Positions 11,379 to 25,500 of a stretch of DNA of 64,000 nucleotides are shown one piece after another (the stretch's first letter is position 1; the number at the start of each line of letters is the position of its first letter). The position numbers and the translations under genes were made by a program. The notes under the pieces were generated by a model. That model was given only the letters and a program-made list of their open reading frames with translations, was not told the origin of the DNA and did not search any database. This stretch comes from Tubulanus polymorphus (lineage: Eukaryota > Animalia > Nemertea): contig NC_134034.1 in NCBI RefSeq assembly GCF_964204645.1, positions 13,095,062 to 13,159,061 on the forward strand, written 5' to 3'.

Positions 11379-11999
11379 ATGCATTCAGATAGGACACATA
11401 TCAGTGCCGGTCGACTCACGGATTTAACAACAAAAGTCCGTACCTGGCAAATATCTTCAACATGTTGAAGTTGCCCAGTAATAGGTAGGTAGGTAGAGGA
11501 ATTGGATATTTTCACAAATATTAGCCCTACTTACACACACCTACCTATCAATAATTATTGGTAACAATTGTGTTTTTCGACCAACCAAAGATTCTCTTAT
11601 TGAAATATAATTAGATCTCACAAACAGCGATGACAATGACATGACATATTATCGACGAAACGTACACATTTTCTGAAAAACGTCCAATATATTGTTAATT
11701 GAATTGAGCTTTACAAGTAGAATCGGGCGATTTCCTATTGATTTATTAAATCAACTAAGTTTTGAAGGCTCATCTTTTTCGAGTATCATTTCAACTAGGC
11801 TATTTGCCGTCAGATCTCACCGAACTAAGCTGGTTTGAAAGATATTTCCGTCTAGCGAGGGAAAAATGTGACACCGTACTATGTTACAATAAATTATGAA
11901 TTGGGAATTGAATTTGTGTTTTCCGTATCAAATTCGAATTAACTTTATTATGAAAACCCATAAATCACAACAAAATGTAATACACAAGACAAAAGTAAA

Positions 12000-12420
12000 A
12001 CGGAGCAAAGAGCGAAGACAAAACGTTACTTAAACAATTTTACTAGTTTTATCGGAAGATATAACTGGGGAAATCCCACACAAAAAAACCGAGCCGGCAC
12101 CCGCGGCGTCGACCGGACCTGCAACAGCTCAAAAGTCCGGTCCATGCGTCTTAAATACAACCTCAAGGTCGTCGAGCGTGTTGTTTTTCTGTGGATAAAT
12201 TGCGGAAGCCAATAATAACCATATTTATAAGGTGAGGCAGTGGTGGAATCAGCAGCAGATTCGAATCCATTCAATTTTAATTTCTGACATTTTAGTTAGG
12301 CGACGGAGGAGCAAAGGTGTTGAATATTCCATTCCATTTCCGGCAGTAGCGTGACGTTGTCTCACAAAATGGCCGCTTTTTCAATTGCTGGTTAGGGAGG
12401 CTAGGCCGTAGGGTTAGGCT
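12000..12420. promoter_or_regulatory. Probable bidirectional promoter between METTL2 (-) and the C7orf25 homologue (+)
   Basis: CpG-rich segment between divergent genes, with clustered ETS-like TTCCGG, CRE-like TGACGT and YY1-like AAAATGGCCGC motifs at about 12338-12378. Both start codons are preceded by splice acceptors, implying non-coding first exons in this interval. Confidence 0.5.
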
Positions 12421-13414
12421 ACAGATGAAGTTAAAAAGATTTTGAATTGGAATGTGGCCGTTTTAGTTTTAGTGGTTAAAATGCTTACAAGCACAGTGGT
12501 ATGTGCATGCTTGAATCCCCGTTTTGACGCTGTAAACGCAGTAAGCCTACAGTACGATATGCGTATAACTACTATGCGTTATGAGGTTCTGTTGGAGCCG
12601 TGCACTACGTCGTCAATATCGACGTTTCAAAATTACAATTAAAATAGCGAATTTCGGCATTTCAATTTCTCAGGTTATAAATATTTCATAACGCTTAATT
12701 TATATTTGATCACATTTTGTTTAATATTTTTGAGAGTATGTGCAGAACGTAGACTGGTTACCGGTCTCTACCTGCAGTTAGACTGGTTGCCGGTACCGAA
12801 TTCAATTCAATTATTGAAATATTCAAATCGAAAGTAGAGCTTTATTGATCCCAAATATCATATCATATGAATAATATTATATTATTTCGTCGACGTAATA
12901 CATGTGATATTTTTTTTAAGGTGTCAATAAAGTAGTTCCTTGTTATAGTTATTAGGTAGAAGTGAATTCAACTAGCGAAGACCTAGTAGAAACCACTGAC
13001 TGACCGTGCGGTTTAAGCCCTTTAAAGAACTTTTTGATTCACTGGTTGAGGATTTAGTAAAAGCACTCCCTAGGATTTATGAACATAATGAATGTGAACT
13101 ATGATGTCTCTTGCTGGTGGAGCGGCCCGGGTGCGTATCGTCACCTATTGGAGGCCACCGGCATCCCTCACATGGCCAGAAGGTGAATCTTACACTACAG
13201 ATGATGAACTCATTACAAATTGAATTGTGGTTTACGAAATTACCCGGCCCATTAGGAGAAACAACGCGTCATGTTATTTTAACCCTTTGATTTTCAATAA
13301 GATTGTCTGCTGAAAAATGTTGGCGTTAAGCGTTTTGGCGTTAAGCGCCTTTCGGCAGCAGCGTTATAACGGACTTTGACCGTATATATGCCGTATCTGT
13401 TGTAGATATAGATT

Positions 13415-13555
13415 ATGATGTCCAGTTGTGTAACGCTAGAGGATCACATTGTTTGGGCCGAGCTGTTGATTTCGCGTTGTAACGAACTGTCGGCGGTCCG
13501 CGGCTGTAACAAACTACATCGGAAAATATCGGCCGAATTGAAGTTTCTCAATAAG
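13415..13555 (+). CDS. C7orf25: First coding exon of the C7orf25 homologue
   Basis: [47 protein letters not shown] followed by donor AAG|GTAAGC (phase 0). Confidence 0.82.
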
Positions 13556-16500
13556 GTAAGCAGAAGAGACGACTGTCAGAAATCAGCTATAGAAAGAGTC
13601 GGATCCTGGTGGTGGTGGCAGCAGCGCAGTGCGTTTAATGGCCTCGTGTTAATTGTAAACCGCAAGACGCAGTGTAGTGCGGCATATACATTTCTTTTAG
13701 TTATTTTTATTAGATTATTATCATTATTATTACTATTTAAGAGTATTCATAAAGCAATTGCAAGGATTCAGAAATGCTCAGCGGATACGGTGCAAAGTAT
13801 GGCATAGTCCGGCTTGTATTAATTCTGACCCCCCCCCCCCTTTAAAAGATCCCAGTGACGACCCTGAAGTTAGTTTTCTCGTTGAGGCAGGCTCGTTAAG
13901 TTATGTTGATAGCTCGGAACTAGCATTTTGTCCTAAATAGGTTCTCGTTATGACTGCAGTGAACTGATATAAATCTCAGTGTAGAGTTTACAAATAAAAA
14001 CCAACTGTAGAAACAGTTTATATCCTTATAGTTTCGAGGTTAAAACTAAGCGAAAAAAAATTTTTTAAATTTTTTTTTGATCCTCTGAAGATGTAGTTTT
14101 AACCTCGAAGCTGTAAGGAAATAAACTGTTTCTACAGATCAGGTTTTTATTCGTTAGGTTGTCGTTAAATCGCCTTTAAATGAACTCGAGAATCGATCGA
14201 TTTCGCGCCGGTGTCAGGTTCTTCCACGGTGGAATTTATTAGCCTAATTTTCCCCCGATCAGAAGCGACGGCGCGCGCAACACACGGTTGAACGTACGTT
14301 CCTCGATGCCTGGATGGTTTATTGCGGCGCGCGCATGTTCTTATTTCTCTAATCCGCGGAGAGATTGCGCGCGGGCCCAATCAATAATGCCGGCCGTAAA
14401 TCAGAATATTCCGAGTACACCAGTAATTAATGATGAAGAAAAAATGATCGTCTGCCTCGTGTGTGATCGCCCCTAGCAACGGGAGTAAACAATTTCTCCA
14501 TCCCGCGATATCGCCATAAACTAAATTCAACCCGGGCTAATATTTCACGATTTCGGTCGACGGGTGACGGGTAACTTCTGTTAATGCTTTCTCGTAAAAT
14601 TGATAAAGCCTCGATTCAGTCTTCAGAGAGATGGAAGGAAATATGACCGATTTATGTTTCTTTCTGCCGAGGGATTTTCAACCTGATAGACATCGTGAAT
14701 CTGTTTTTGTAACAGCGCAAACCTCACTGCTCTAGTAGGGATTTGAACCAGATGGCATCACGAGACTCTGTCACAGTACAAACTCCTGTCCTAGTAGACA
14801 CATCCTCCCTTACAGGGATTTGAATCTGATGACATCATGAGACTCTGTCACAGTACAAACCCCTGTCCTAGTAGACACATCCTCCCTCACAGGGATTTGA
14901 ACCTGATGACATCGCGAGACACTGTCACAGTACAAACCCCTGCCCTAGTAGACACATCCTCCCTCACAGGGATTTAAACCTGATGACATCATGAGACTCT
15001 GTCACAGTACAAACCCCTGTCCTAGTAGACACATCCTCCCTCACAGGGATTTAAACCTGATGGCATCATGAGACTATGTCACAGTACAAACCCCTGTCCT
15101 AGTAGACACATCCTCCCTCACAGGGATTTGAACCTGATGACATCGCGAGACTCTGTCACAGTACAAACCCCTGTCCTAGTAGACACATCCTCCCTCACAG
15201 GGATTTAAACCTGATGGCATCACGAGACTCTGTCACAGTACAAACCCCTGTCCTAGTAGACACATCCTCCCTCACAGGGATTTAAACCTGATGACATCAT
15301 GAGACTCTGTCACAGTACAAACCCCTGTCCTAGTAGACACATCCTCCCTCACAGGGATTTAAACCTGATGGCATCATGAGACTATGTCACAGTACAAACC
15401 CCTGTCCTAGTAGACACATCCTCCCTCACAGGGATTTGAACCTGATGACATCGCGAGACTCTGTCACAGTACAAACCCCTGTCCTAGTAGACACATCCTC
15501 CCTCACAGGGATTTAAACCTGATGGCATCACGAGACTCTGTCACAGTACAAACTCCTGTCCTAGTAGACACATCCTCCTTCACAGGGATCTGAACCTGAT
15601 GACATCACGAGACTCTGTCACAGTACAAACCCCTGTCCTAGTAGACACATCCTCCCTCACAGGGATTTGAACCTGATGACATCGCGAGACTCTGTTACAG
15701 TACAAACCCCTGTCCTAGTAGACACATCCTCCCTCATAGGGATTTGAACCTGATGACATCGCGAGACTCTGTCACAGTACAAACCCCTGTCCTAGTAGAC
15801 ACATCCTTCCTTTACAGGGATTTAAACCTGATGGCATCATGAGACTACGTCATACAGATCCGCCTTTTACCGTAAAATAAAAAAAGGAAGTAAAAAAATG
15901 CATTTGATAATATAAATAATATATCGTTTTTATTTTTGAAATATTTATTTACATATACAGTTATAAGTTCGTATAGGGAGACATTTTTAGAAAAATTCCA
16001 TTTTAAGATTCTCAAAAAAATCAAGATAGTTATGACCGACTCTCGGGTTTTGGAACGTTCGTAGAATTACCGCCGCCAGAGGGCGTGACCGACTGGTTTA
16101 GAAGTTTCGCCCGAGCTTTAACCCTGGGAATCACATCTGAACCAGGGTTCTCACGGGTTTCGAAAAGTCTTGGAAAGTTCGGGAATTTTTTGACCTTGGG
16201 GCAATCGCGACCACTTCGAAAAAGACGGCGTTGTATAATTCACCGGCTCAGTGACGCCATCTGACGGTTGGGTTGTTTAAACACTGACGATATAGAAATG
16301 CACCTTGATCTTATAGTCGAAATTGCGTACAAATTGAAAAAAATTATCTAGACTATTTCTATGCCGGATCGATGATGTAAACAGTTACTAATTCGTTTCG
16401 TTAGAAATGGTTACTAATTAGTTACAGCCACTACGTTACTAAATTAATAATACGAGTAGATGTTTGGAATGTTATTATGTCCTGATATTCTATCCAGATT

Positions 16501-19500
16501 TTTTTTACGACAAAGTCTAGATGTAAATCGACAACACGTATATACTTTTCACGTCGCGGAGTGCAATCGATAAATAAATCAATAAATCAATAAATCAATT
16601 TAAAAAAATACGATAAACAGAATTGACACAAATAAAAACGATTATAATTTAGAAAGAAGAGAACCACAAAATTACTCTAGAATTCATCTGGTTCGTACAA
16701 CAGGTTTAGGTTAAGGGGGCTGATCCATGGGGGGAGGGGGGCACAAGGAGTACGCGCTCCCGTCCCGCGCCCTTTTGAGAATACAATGGAAATATTTTTC
16801 CATTTATATTGCTATAAAACGACCCCAAAAACAGCGTTTTCCGCGAGGTACTAGCGAACGGAGTCTACTGAGTCATCATACGGTGTTAGTAGTGAAATAA
16901 GAAAATAAATGCTACAAAATATTAGTAGATGTTTGTCTAAACTAAAATCAACTATAAAAAAAAATCTACTAAAATATATATTCATAGTATTTTTGGGACC
17001 GCCTTTTAGATTTAAAGGAGTTTAAAAAGTTTGAATCGATTTGTAGAACTGATTAATGATATGTCGGAATTTGTTTTCAACGGTTTACGAAGATTCGTCT
17101 TGAGCGGAGTCAACTTTATCATCCAACTCAGATATCACTGTCAAGTCAAAAGATCAGACTTGAGCGGAGTCTACTGTATCATCCAACTCAGATATCACTC
17201 TCAAGTCAAAAGATCAGACTTGAGCTGAGTCTACTGTATCATCCAACTCAGATATCACTCTCAAGTCAAAAGATCCGACTTGAGCGGAGTCTACTGTATC
17301 ATCCAACTCAGATATCACTCTCAAGTCAAAAGATCCGACTTGAGCGGAGTCTACTGTACCATCCAACTCATATATCGCTCTTAAATCGGATACATTAACA
17401 CGGCCTGAAAACAAACACTATGACTTGTGTTCTATTTATTCGTGATGATTTATTGTCAGGAGAGTTGTCAAGTCGAATACTTCACAGTCACTTTCTCGAG
17501 ATGTTCAAGGAATTGATTTGCGAGGAAGACATTACGAGGCCTACGAGATTTCCAGAGACTGCGGTCAATGATTTCAGTGTTAGTGAAATAATCGCCATCG
17601 TTTCAAATCTATTAGGGTAGAAATATGTACATTAGAAACTATAGGAACCTATATTGCCGACACAAGCATTAAACGATATTGGATTCGCAGATATGCATGT
17701 ATGAAGAAAATTTTCAAAAAGCAGATTTTGAAATGACTGTCTTGTGAAGAGTATTCACCTAAAACGGCTAAAAATTATATCTTCTCTTCATCCGCTGGGT
17801 CATTTTTTAACTGCAATATAGATTGTGATCAGTTCATTTCTATTACTGCCGGGTCTGTTATTATTATCTCGATCTGATATGAAAAGCGGTCGGTAGAAAT
17901 GAGAGACAAGGTATCAATGTTTTGTCTTGATACGTCCATTTCTACAGACACCCAAATTGCTAACACAAGTAATCGGTAGCATCCTATTAAAGATTAATCG
18001 TGCCTATTAACAGATTTAACGATAAGAATTATAACTATCTTAAACATTGAAATTGATTTAAGTTCTTACAAGCTACAACTATTTACAATTCGGTTGAATT
18101 TGTGCGTGGAGTTTCTCTCTCTCTGACGAAGAAAGAATCGATGGCCGCCATCTCGTCATTTTCGTCAATCTTCAACCGGGCCCTTTTTCGCGCTGGCTGC
18201 TTCATTTTAATAATAATCATAACATCATAATATAATAACATAACAATGCATAATATTCCTTATATATATGTATAAATATAGATATATGATACACTAGATT
18301 CCCAATTCAATTATATACATGTTAGTTAAATGTAGCTAAAGCGACCGGCAAAATTGGGCAAACACTGCGACCGACCGGCAAAATTGGGCAAATACTGCGA
18401 CCGACCGGCAAAATTGGGCAAACACTGCGACCGACCGGCAAAAATTGGGCAAACACTGCGACCGACCGGCAAAATTGGGCAAACACTGCGACCGCAAGCT
18501 GGCTCTTGACACTATAGCTATATACGCGGATAAAATGTGAAGTCTATATAATCTACGCGTAGTACAATAATAATCGACCGCTCGATTCAAATCAATCTAT
18601 CGTTATTTTCTAGATTTCTGTATATTATAATTTGTCAGCAGTTTAATCCATTTTACCTCTGTCTCAAACATTGCGACTTACGACACAGCAAAAAAAGAAT
18701 CGTTTACGCCCATCATTTCAGACGTTTTGTTAATCATCGGTTTTTAGGCTTAAAAGTATGATACCTTGTTTCTCCAAATCAGCCGGGTCACTTTTGTAAA
18801 CTGCAATAAGACGTGTAATCTATAGCTGCCGGGTCTGTTATTGTTAGCCTGATCGTGATTTTAAAAACGTAATGTACAGGGTTGACAGGCGACCGACCGG
18901 GTCGACTTTTTAGCTAAGCAGAAATGAGAAACAAGGTATCATTTTTAGTCATCCATTCCGGCTGATTTCGTTCTCGGAAATTTCTACCTTTACAAAATTC
19001 GTTTTATCTCGCTTATTAAAGGGGACCGTCCATCCGGGGAACACTCCCCCTGAAATCATCGATATACCACTTTAACCTTGACCTGAATTATCGCACTTTG
19101 ACATTATTGATTTTCGAACGTTTCTTCTCGCTGACATTCTATTCACCTTGATCTCGATCTGCTGCGTTCTCGCCTTGACATTCACAGAGGACACGCAATA
19201 GCTTCTTATAAATTATTGATCGGATATATTGGTATTTCTTGCCGTTCGCGATGAAACGTATTCAAAGCACTATACGTGTTTTTAATTAAACGTTCACTTT
19301 TTGACCTTGACAGTGCACGAACCATCAGGTATCTGGAACATGTCATACAGTATTCACCCTCGTGCACAGCTGGTGATCGGAATTCGACAGTCGACCGTTC
19401 ATCGAATTCGGCGATTTTTTCATGTACACCCACGGTTTCGTCGTCGGCGGTGGCCCCGGTCCCGGAATTCTACCGCCAGGGGGCGGTAGCGCCGTGCCCG

Positions 19501-22500
19501 CGTCTAACGACCGTTGATACGGCAACGAAGCGATCGGACAGAAAACCGGCGACATGGCGTCGAGGGTCGGGGTGACCGGCTCGCGTTGTTCCTGCTCGTC
19601 GCGGCGGTCGTAGTTTTCGGCGGTATCGTCCGCAATAATTCGACTTTGCGACGTGCTCGGCTGCGGTTGGTTGTATTGAACAGTCTGCGGTGGGTATCGC
19701 TCCGAGGACAGCGGTAAACTACCGACGTCGCCCGGGTAGGTCGGTATGCTAAAACAGCGCGGGTTATGCGCGCAGATATGCATATGCGGCGCGACGTTGG
19801 CGCAGTGATTCATATTCGGCACCTCCAACATGACCCCGCCTTTATCGTTCTCCCAACACTCCTCGTGTATTTCATGTATCGTAATATCGCTGAATTCGCC
19901 GTGCGCGCCCGGGTGATAGCTACTCGATTCGGGATCGTGCGCCACCGAGTCGTACTGGCTGTCGAACTGGCTGTCGTATCGGCTGCTCTTACGACGAACG
20001 CGGTTGGTCATGTGACGTTGTTTACACTGCGACATTAACACGATTAATACGATAATTGCCAGGGCCAGGAAGGCGCCGATACTGCTGCCGATTGAGACCG
20101 GTATATGCCAGGTTGTAGTCATCGCGTCCATACAGTGCCGACTCGGCGAATCGACAGAACTCGAGTTGTTATAAAGCGCCAGACAGATCTTGTAGTTCGT
20201 GTTGGCCAGTAGTTTGTCGATGCTGTAATTCGTAGATTCCGGCGGTAACAGGTCGCTGTATTTCACCAGCGTGCTGCCGTATCGTTGGTAGTGCACCTTA
20301 GCGCCGATCAGGTTGACCGTAAATTCTCGGGTGATCGCCCATCGTATGTTGATGGTCGTCGCCGAAGCGCTGGCTAGTTCGAGGAATTGAACGATAGATG
20401 GCCCTGCCGTCGTCGACATCGTGTTCAGAAGGTTGAACATCTCGCGTGGCTTTACTTAACTGAAATGATATCGAAAACGAAAAAGAATGAGAAGATTGTT
20501 CGTGTCAACATTGTCGTTTAAAATACTCATTTCATCATTGAAATAACTTAAGTAGTTTCCTTTATAGAATAAGTAATCGATAAGGATTTTAATTGTAGTT
20601 ACTTTCACCATTGATATGATTGACTTCACTATCAGAAAATTTACGAACACTGGGCGGGGTGACCCCCTAAACCCCCTCCCCTCGGATCCGCCACTTCTAC
20701 GTGATTAGTTATCCGTTGCCATTTTTTTCTCGGCGGGTTTGAAGAAACCGATCTACTTCTTGACGGCCATTACCGCTCGGCTGTCGATTTGTGCTCAGTG
20801 CGATGATGTATTTTTTCTGCATCCCCGAACCGAGGTGAGGCTAATAGCAGATTGATTGATTGACAGCTCGTGGGAGGGACGTGTGTTTTTCTTTTTTCGC
20901 GGTTTTTTCCCCGTACGACTTGTCGGTCGCTAATCGATAACTTGATGAATGGAGCTCGGTACTATATACCTGCGCGTATTATCGGAAATCGATATTGGCG
21001 CCAGTAATAACACAACCGGTGAGCCGATTGCTTTACTTCTGCTATGTCCACATTTGGTATTAATGAAGTCAACAACAATCTCAGCCGTTCCTCGAATCGA
21101 AGTTCGTCGCCTTGCGGCTATTTTCATTAAACTTCACTAGTACGGATGCCATTTTTCTATTTTACTATTTTCACTATTTATCGAATTATCTCTATCAACT
21201 TTGAAATCAACATTCTCAGCTGCCCTTAAAATAGGACTACCCCGCCTCGCAGCATTTCCGCGATGTTTACAACCTCACTAGTACGGATGGCTGCCTGGCG
21301 ACCCTTTTTATTTAATTTTTTCACTATATCGACGGCAACGGTTCTCGGGCCCGGGTTCGAACTCCGGAATTACCATGCCTTGGTTCCGATTGCACTTTGT
21401 ATATGTTGTTTCTAGGGCAAATACCTAAATTTTTGTCGAGATTGAATTTCAACCTCGTCACTCAGCTATCAAGGTCATCTTCAAGGTCATGTCGGTGGAC
21501 AAAAGAGTTTTAGTGCCTAGTTCTGCCATTCTGGCTATAACATAGGTATGCCTCTATAGATATCTATGATGACATCTCAATGGTTGCTGCCTTGCGGTCA
21601 CTTTTAAATGAAAGCCTTTTTTAGCTATGACGAGACTTCATCGATTCTGAATATTGCTTTCGGCTGTGAAAATCTCGCATCAATTTCTGCCTTGCAACTA
21701 TTTTTGAAGTATGACCTAATCCATTGTGATGTTACAATGGCTGCTGCCTGGCGGCCATTTTGAAAAATTCAATTTTAGCTATATCGATATCGAATAGGTG
21801 TAGTTACTATTAAACATTCGATTACACTTTGACGATATCACGATGATTGCTGCCTCGCGGTTTTTTTTTAAAAATTTTTGAGAAGCTCAATCACGTTTCC
21901 GTAATCGATATTTTCGCATCGATCGGTCGGTGGCAAACAGCCTCCCCCGCGGCCATTTAAAAAAGAGTTGTTCGTCCTTTGACAACGGAATAACGAAGTA
22001 AACTTCGATTCGGTGCACTGGTTGATCCAATTATATTATGTGTATGCCTTGCGGCTGTCTTGAAAATCTACATGATTCGCGTAACCCCGACACCGTTTTT
22101 TTTCTCTATCTGAGTATAGCGCGATTGATCAATGATTCTGATATTCATCAATATTCAACTACAGCCTAGCTGGAATGATTCCCTGGTAAGCGAGTACGGG
22201 TGGTATTTTTCGATAAGATGCTTACGATGATCTACATTGTATACACTCGCTTGGTGTGTACACAATTTCATGACGCCGTAAAAACCGATACAATAATGTT
22301 TATATATACATTGATACCTATAGCATGCGACGGGGTTCTGTGTCAGTCGATGTGCACTACGTCATCGATATTGGCGTTTCAAAACAATCATTATAAGAGT
22401 GAATTGTTTTTATTTTGTTATAAAAAAGATATTTCAAAAGATATTATAAGTCTTATTTTGATAAATTTTAATCGTTGTTTTTGTGAGGAATCGGACTAAA

Positions 22501-25500
22501 TTATCAATATTGGCGTTTCATAGTAATAAATACAATTGTGAATGTTCGCGTCTTTTTGTTGTCAGATTTCTTATTTCTATTTCTGATGAACTCTAATAAT
22601 GTTTTTCGAGGGGAGGTTAAACCGGTTTTCGGTCAATCCAATGTCACTTGTTTGCTCCGAGTTCAGCGATAAATGACCCCAAACATTTGCCCCCACTGGC
22701 CCAAGCGAGTCTCTGGCGAGCGAGTACGGGTGTTTTGTTTTTGTCTCGATAAGATGTAGGCACGCACGCGCGGTATGTACACAATTTTTCACGGATCGGC
22801 CCCCGGTAAGCGAGTTTCGTATATTTTTTTTCTACGGTCCCTGGTTGTTGTCATAAGCTCGACGCGCGTCATGTGTCATTATGCGAACACGAGGAGAAAT
22901 TCTGCGAACTGCGCAAATAGTCTGGCCGCATTTATATATCAACCACGTGATGTTTTCGTTAAAGCTGTAAAAACGTTTGCAAACATGTTTTCGTATATTG
23001 CTAACTGCTATGCGTTTATTGATTCAGACGATGTGCACTACGTCATCAGTATTGGCGTTTCATAATGATGATTGCGGCGAATATGAATTTGCATCTATTT
23101 TTTTTATTAGTAAGATTTCATTATTCTCTTTTTATGTTTAATGAATTTTCATGTCTTGTGCATTTCAACGATAATTGAGGGTATCATATGCGGGCATGTG
23201 TGTGCACTATACGTCATCAATGTTTGGGCTAAAGTGGCTTTAGCCCGCATCGACAACAGTGGAACTGGATCCTTAGACACATAAGATGGACGCAATATGT
23301 GGAACTAGATCCAGTGTCAAATTAAACCGACACAACTGTGGAACTGGATCCAGAGTCAAATTAAACCCACACAACTGTGGAACTGGATTCAGTGTCAAAT
23401 TAAACCCACACAACTGTGAAACTGGATTCAGTGTCAAGTTTAACCCACACAACTGTGGAACTGGATTCAGTGTCAAATTAAACCCACACAACTGTGGAAC
23501 TGGATTCAGTGTCAAGTTTAACCCACACAACTGTGGAACTGGATCAAGAGTCAAATTAAACCCACACAACTGTGAAACTGGATTCAGTGTCAAGTTTAAC
23601 CCACACAACTGTGGAACTGGATTCAGTGTCAAATTAAACCCACACACAACTGTGATACTGTGAATCCTTGGTTACAGAATCATATTAAACCCACACGCGG
23701 TTAGATTATGGTCCTCGGGTGTGAGTGACGGTGATGCGCGTTTAGTTCGTTTCACGGATCTCACTTACAACGCACGAACGCAGACGGCGCGAAGGTGACT
23801 TCGAAACGAATGCGAGCGAATCATCCTCATCAAGGGAACGACGAAACGACGAAAAACCTAATTGATAAAACGAATTCGGCGCTCGGCTTCATCCGTCGAA
23901 ATGTCACCTTCGTTTCGACGTTATAATCTAGCAGTCTGCGGAAATTACAAAACGCGGTTACAGAATCACACTGGTTCGCGCGCGATTGCCGCCGGCAAGT
24001 GGGGATCGGACGAAAACCGACTGAAAATATCATCATCGATCTAACGAGTTTAGAATTCCCTTTGAAACCGGCCGCCGTTTTGTCAGTAATTACAAATCGG
24101 TCTTTGATGTTGCTAGCGTTTTGATTGCTAAAATGCTGGCTGCTCTTGTTTCAGTCACGTTCATTGGCCTGTTTGTTCTGGGTCCAATCGGTGAAGGTTA
24201 CAGTACTAGCAGATCCGACTGATTGGCGCTGGTTTAGTTTACGAAATTCAGTTCGATCACAGTGGTTTTGCTATAGACCGGCTCTAATTGGTGGGTTTGC
24301 TAGAATGCAGTCCAATCAGAGTGGTTTTCAGATATAGACCGGCTCTAATTGGCGGGTTTGCTAGAATGCAGTCCAATCAGAGTGGTTTTCAGATATAGAC
24401 CGGCTCTAATTGGCGGGTTTACCAGAATGCAGTCCAATCAGAGTGGTTTTCACATATAGACCGGCTCTAATTGGCGGGTTTGCCAGAATGCAGTCCAATC
24501 AGAGTGGTTTTCACATATATACCGGCTCCGATAGGCTGGTTTGTCCGAATACGGGCCAATAAGAGAGTCCCGCAAGTAGAATAGTGATCGGGGTATCCAA
24601 TCAGAATCGGTTTTACAAAAAGATGAACAATTTTGGTCCTTAATATTTCCCTCTCTTCTTCTGATGCTGTTTTGTTGATATCTTTGACGCGTGATCATTC
24701 GTTCCTGACCGATGTTTGTTCTTGATCGTTGAATAATTAATCGGTTATCGTCTGCCGAGTGGCGCCGGATTTTCTATGTATTGTTGTGAGAATGTGAAGC
24801 GCGAACTGCGCTAGTATTTACTATTTTCTCTTCTCGCTTTGATTTCTTATACAATTCAATATAAAAAACGAATGAACTTTTCTCTTACTTAAACAGACCT
24901 TCATTGAAAATTGCATTTTGTCTACTTCTGAATGTGTGATAATGTATGGATTCGGGAGCCAGATTTTTGAGGGACAGTTCTATATTAAGAAAAAGGGTAC
25001 CTTTTCACCGTGAAAAGGGGACACTGTCTTTCCTATCGAAAAAAGTATTGATCTTAAATATGAAGGGCACCTGAATGAATCATTCGAGAATGCATTACTG
25101 TTCATTCTCCAAAAAAAACATCAAAAACGACGAATGAAGGAACCTATAATGGTTTATAAGATTTTCCATGTCACCCTTCGCCAGTTCAAAGTTGAAAATG
25201 AATTGATTTTTGTGAACGTAAAGAGCTGGTTTCGAACTCGGGAATAGAGCGCCCGTATGAGTGCTAGTTACGCCATCTGGCGGAATAGTTGGTGCTCGAA
25301 GTTAAACACAACTCGCGTTCATTTCTGGACGCAAAATCTAAACAGCAATTTACAGGAATTCTAGGATATATGGAGCGATGGTACTGCGCGCGCAGTGTTT
25401 TTCGTTAATTAATGAAAATTCCCCGTGGTTCGTTTCCCCGTATAGATGCCCCCTCCCCGCTCGCCCCGCGGCGCGAGACTGCGCAGTCGAATGATATTTT

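Noticed and set aside
14737-15847. Hammerhead ribozyme or C/D snoRNA in the 77-bp unit (CTGATGA present)
   Set aside because: The downstream core reads CAAA, not GAAA; stems I and II cannot be formed; and there is no separate D box with a terminal stem.
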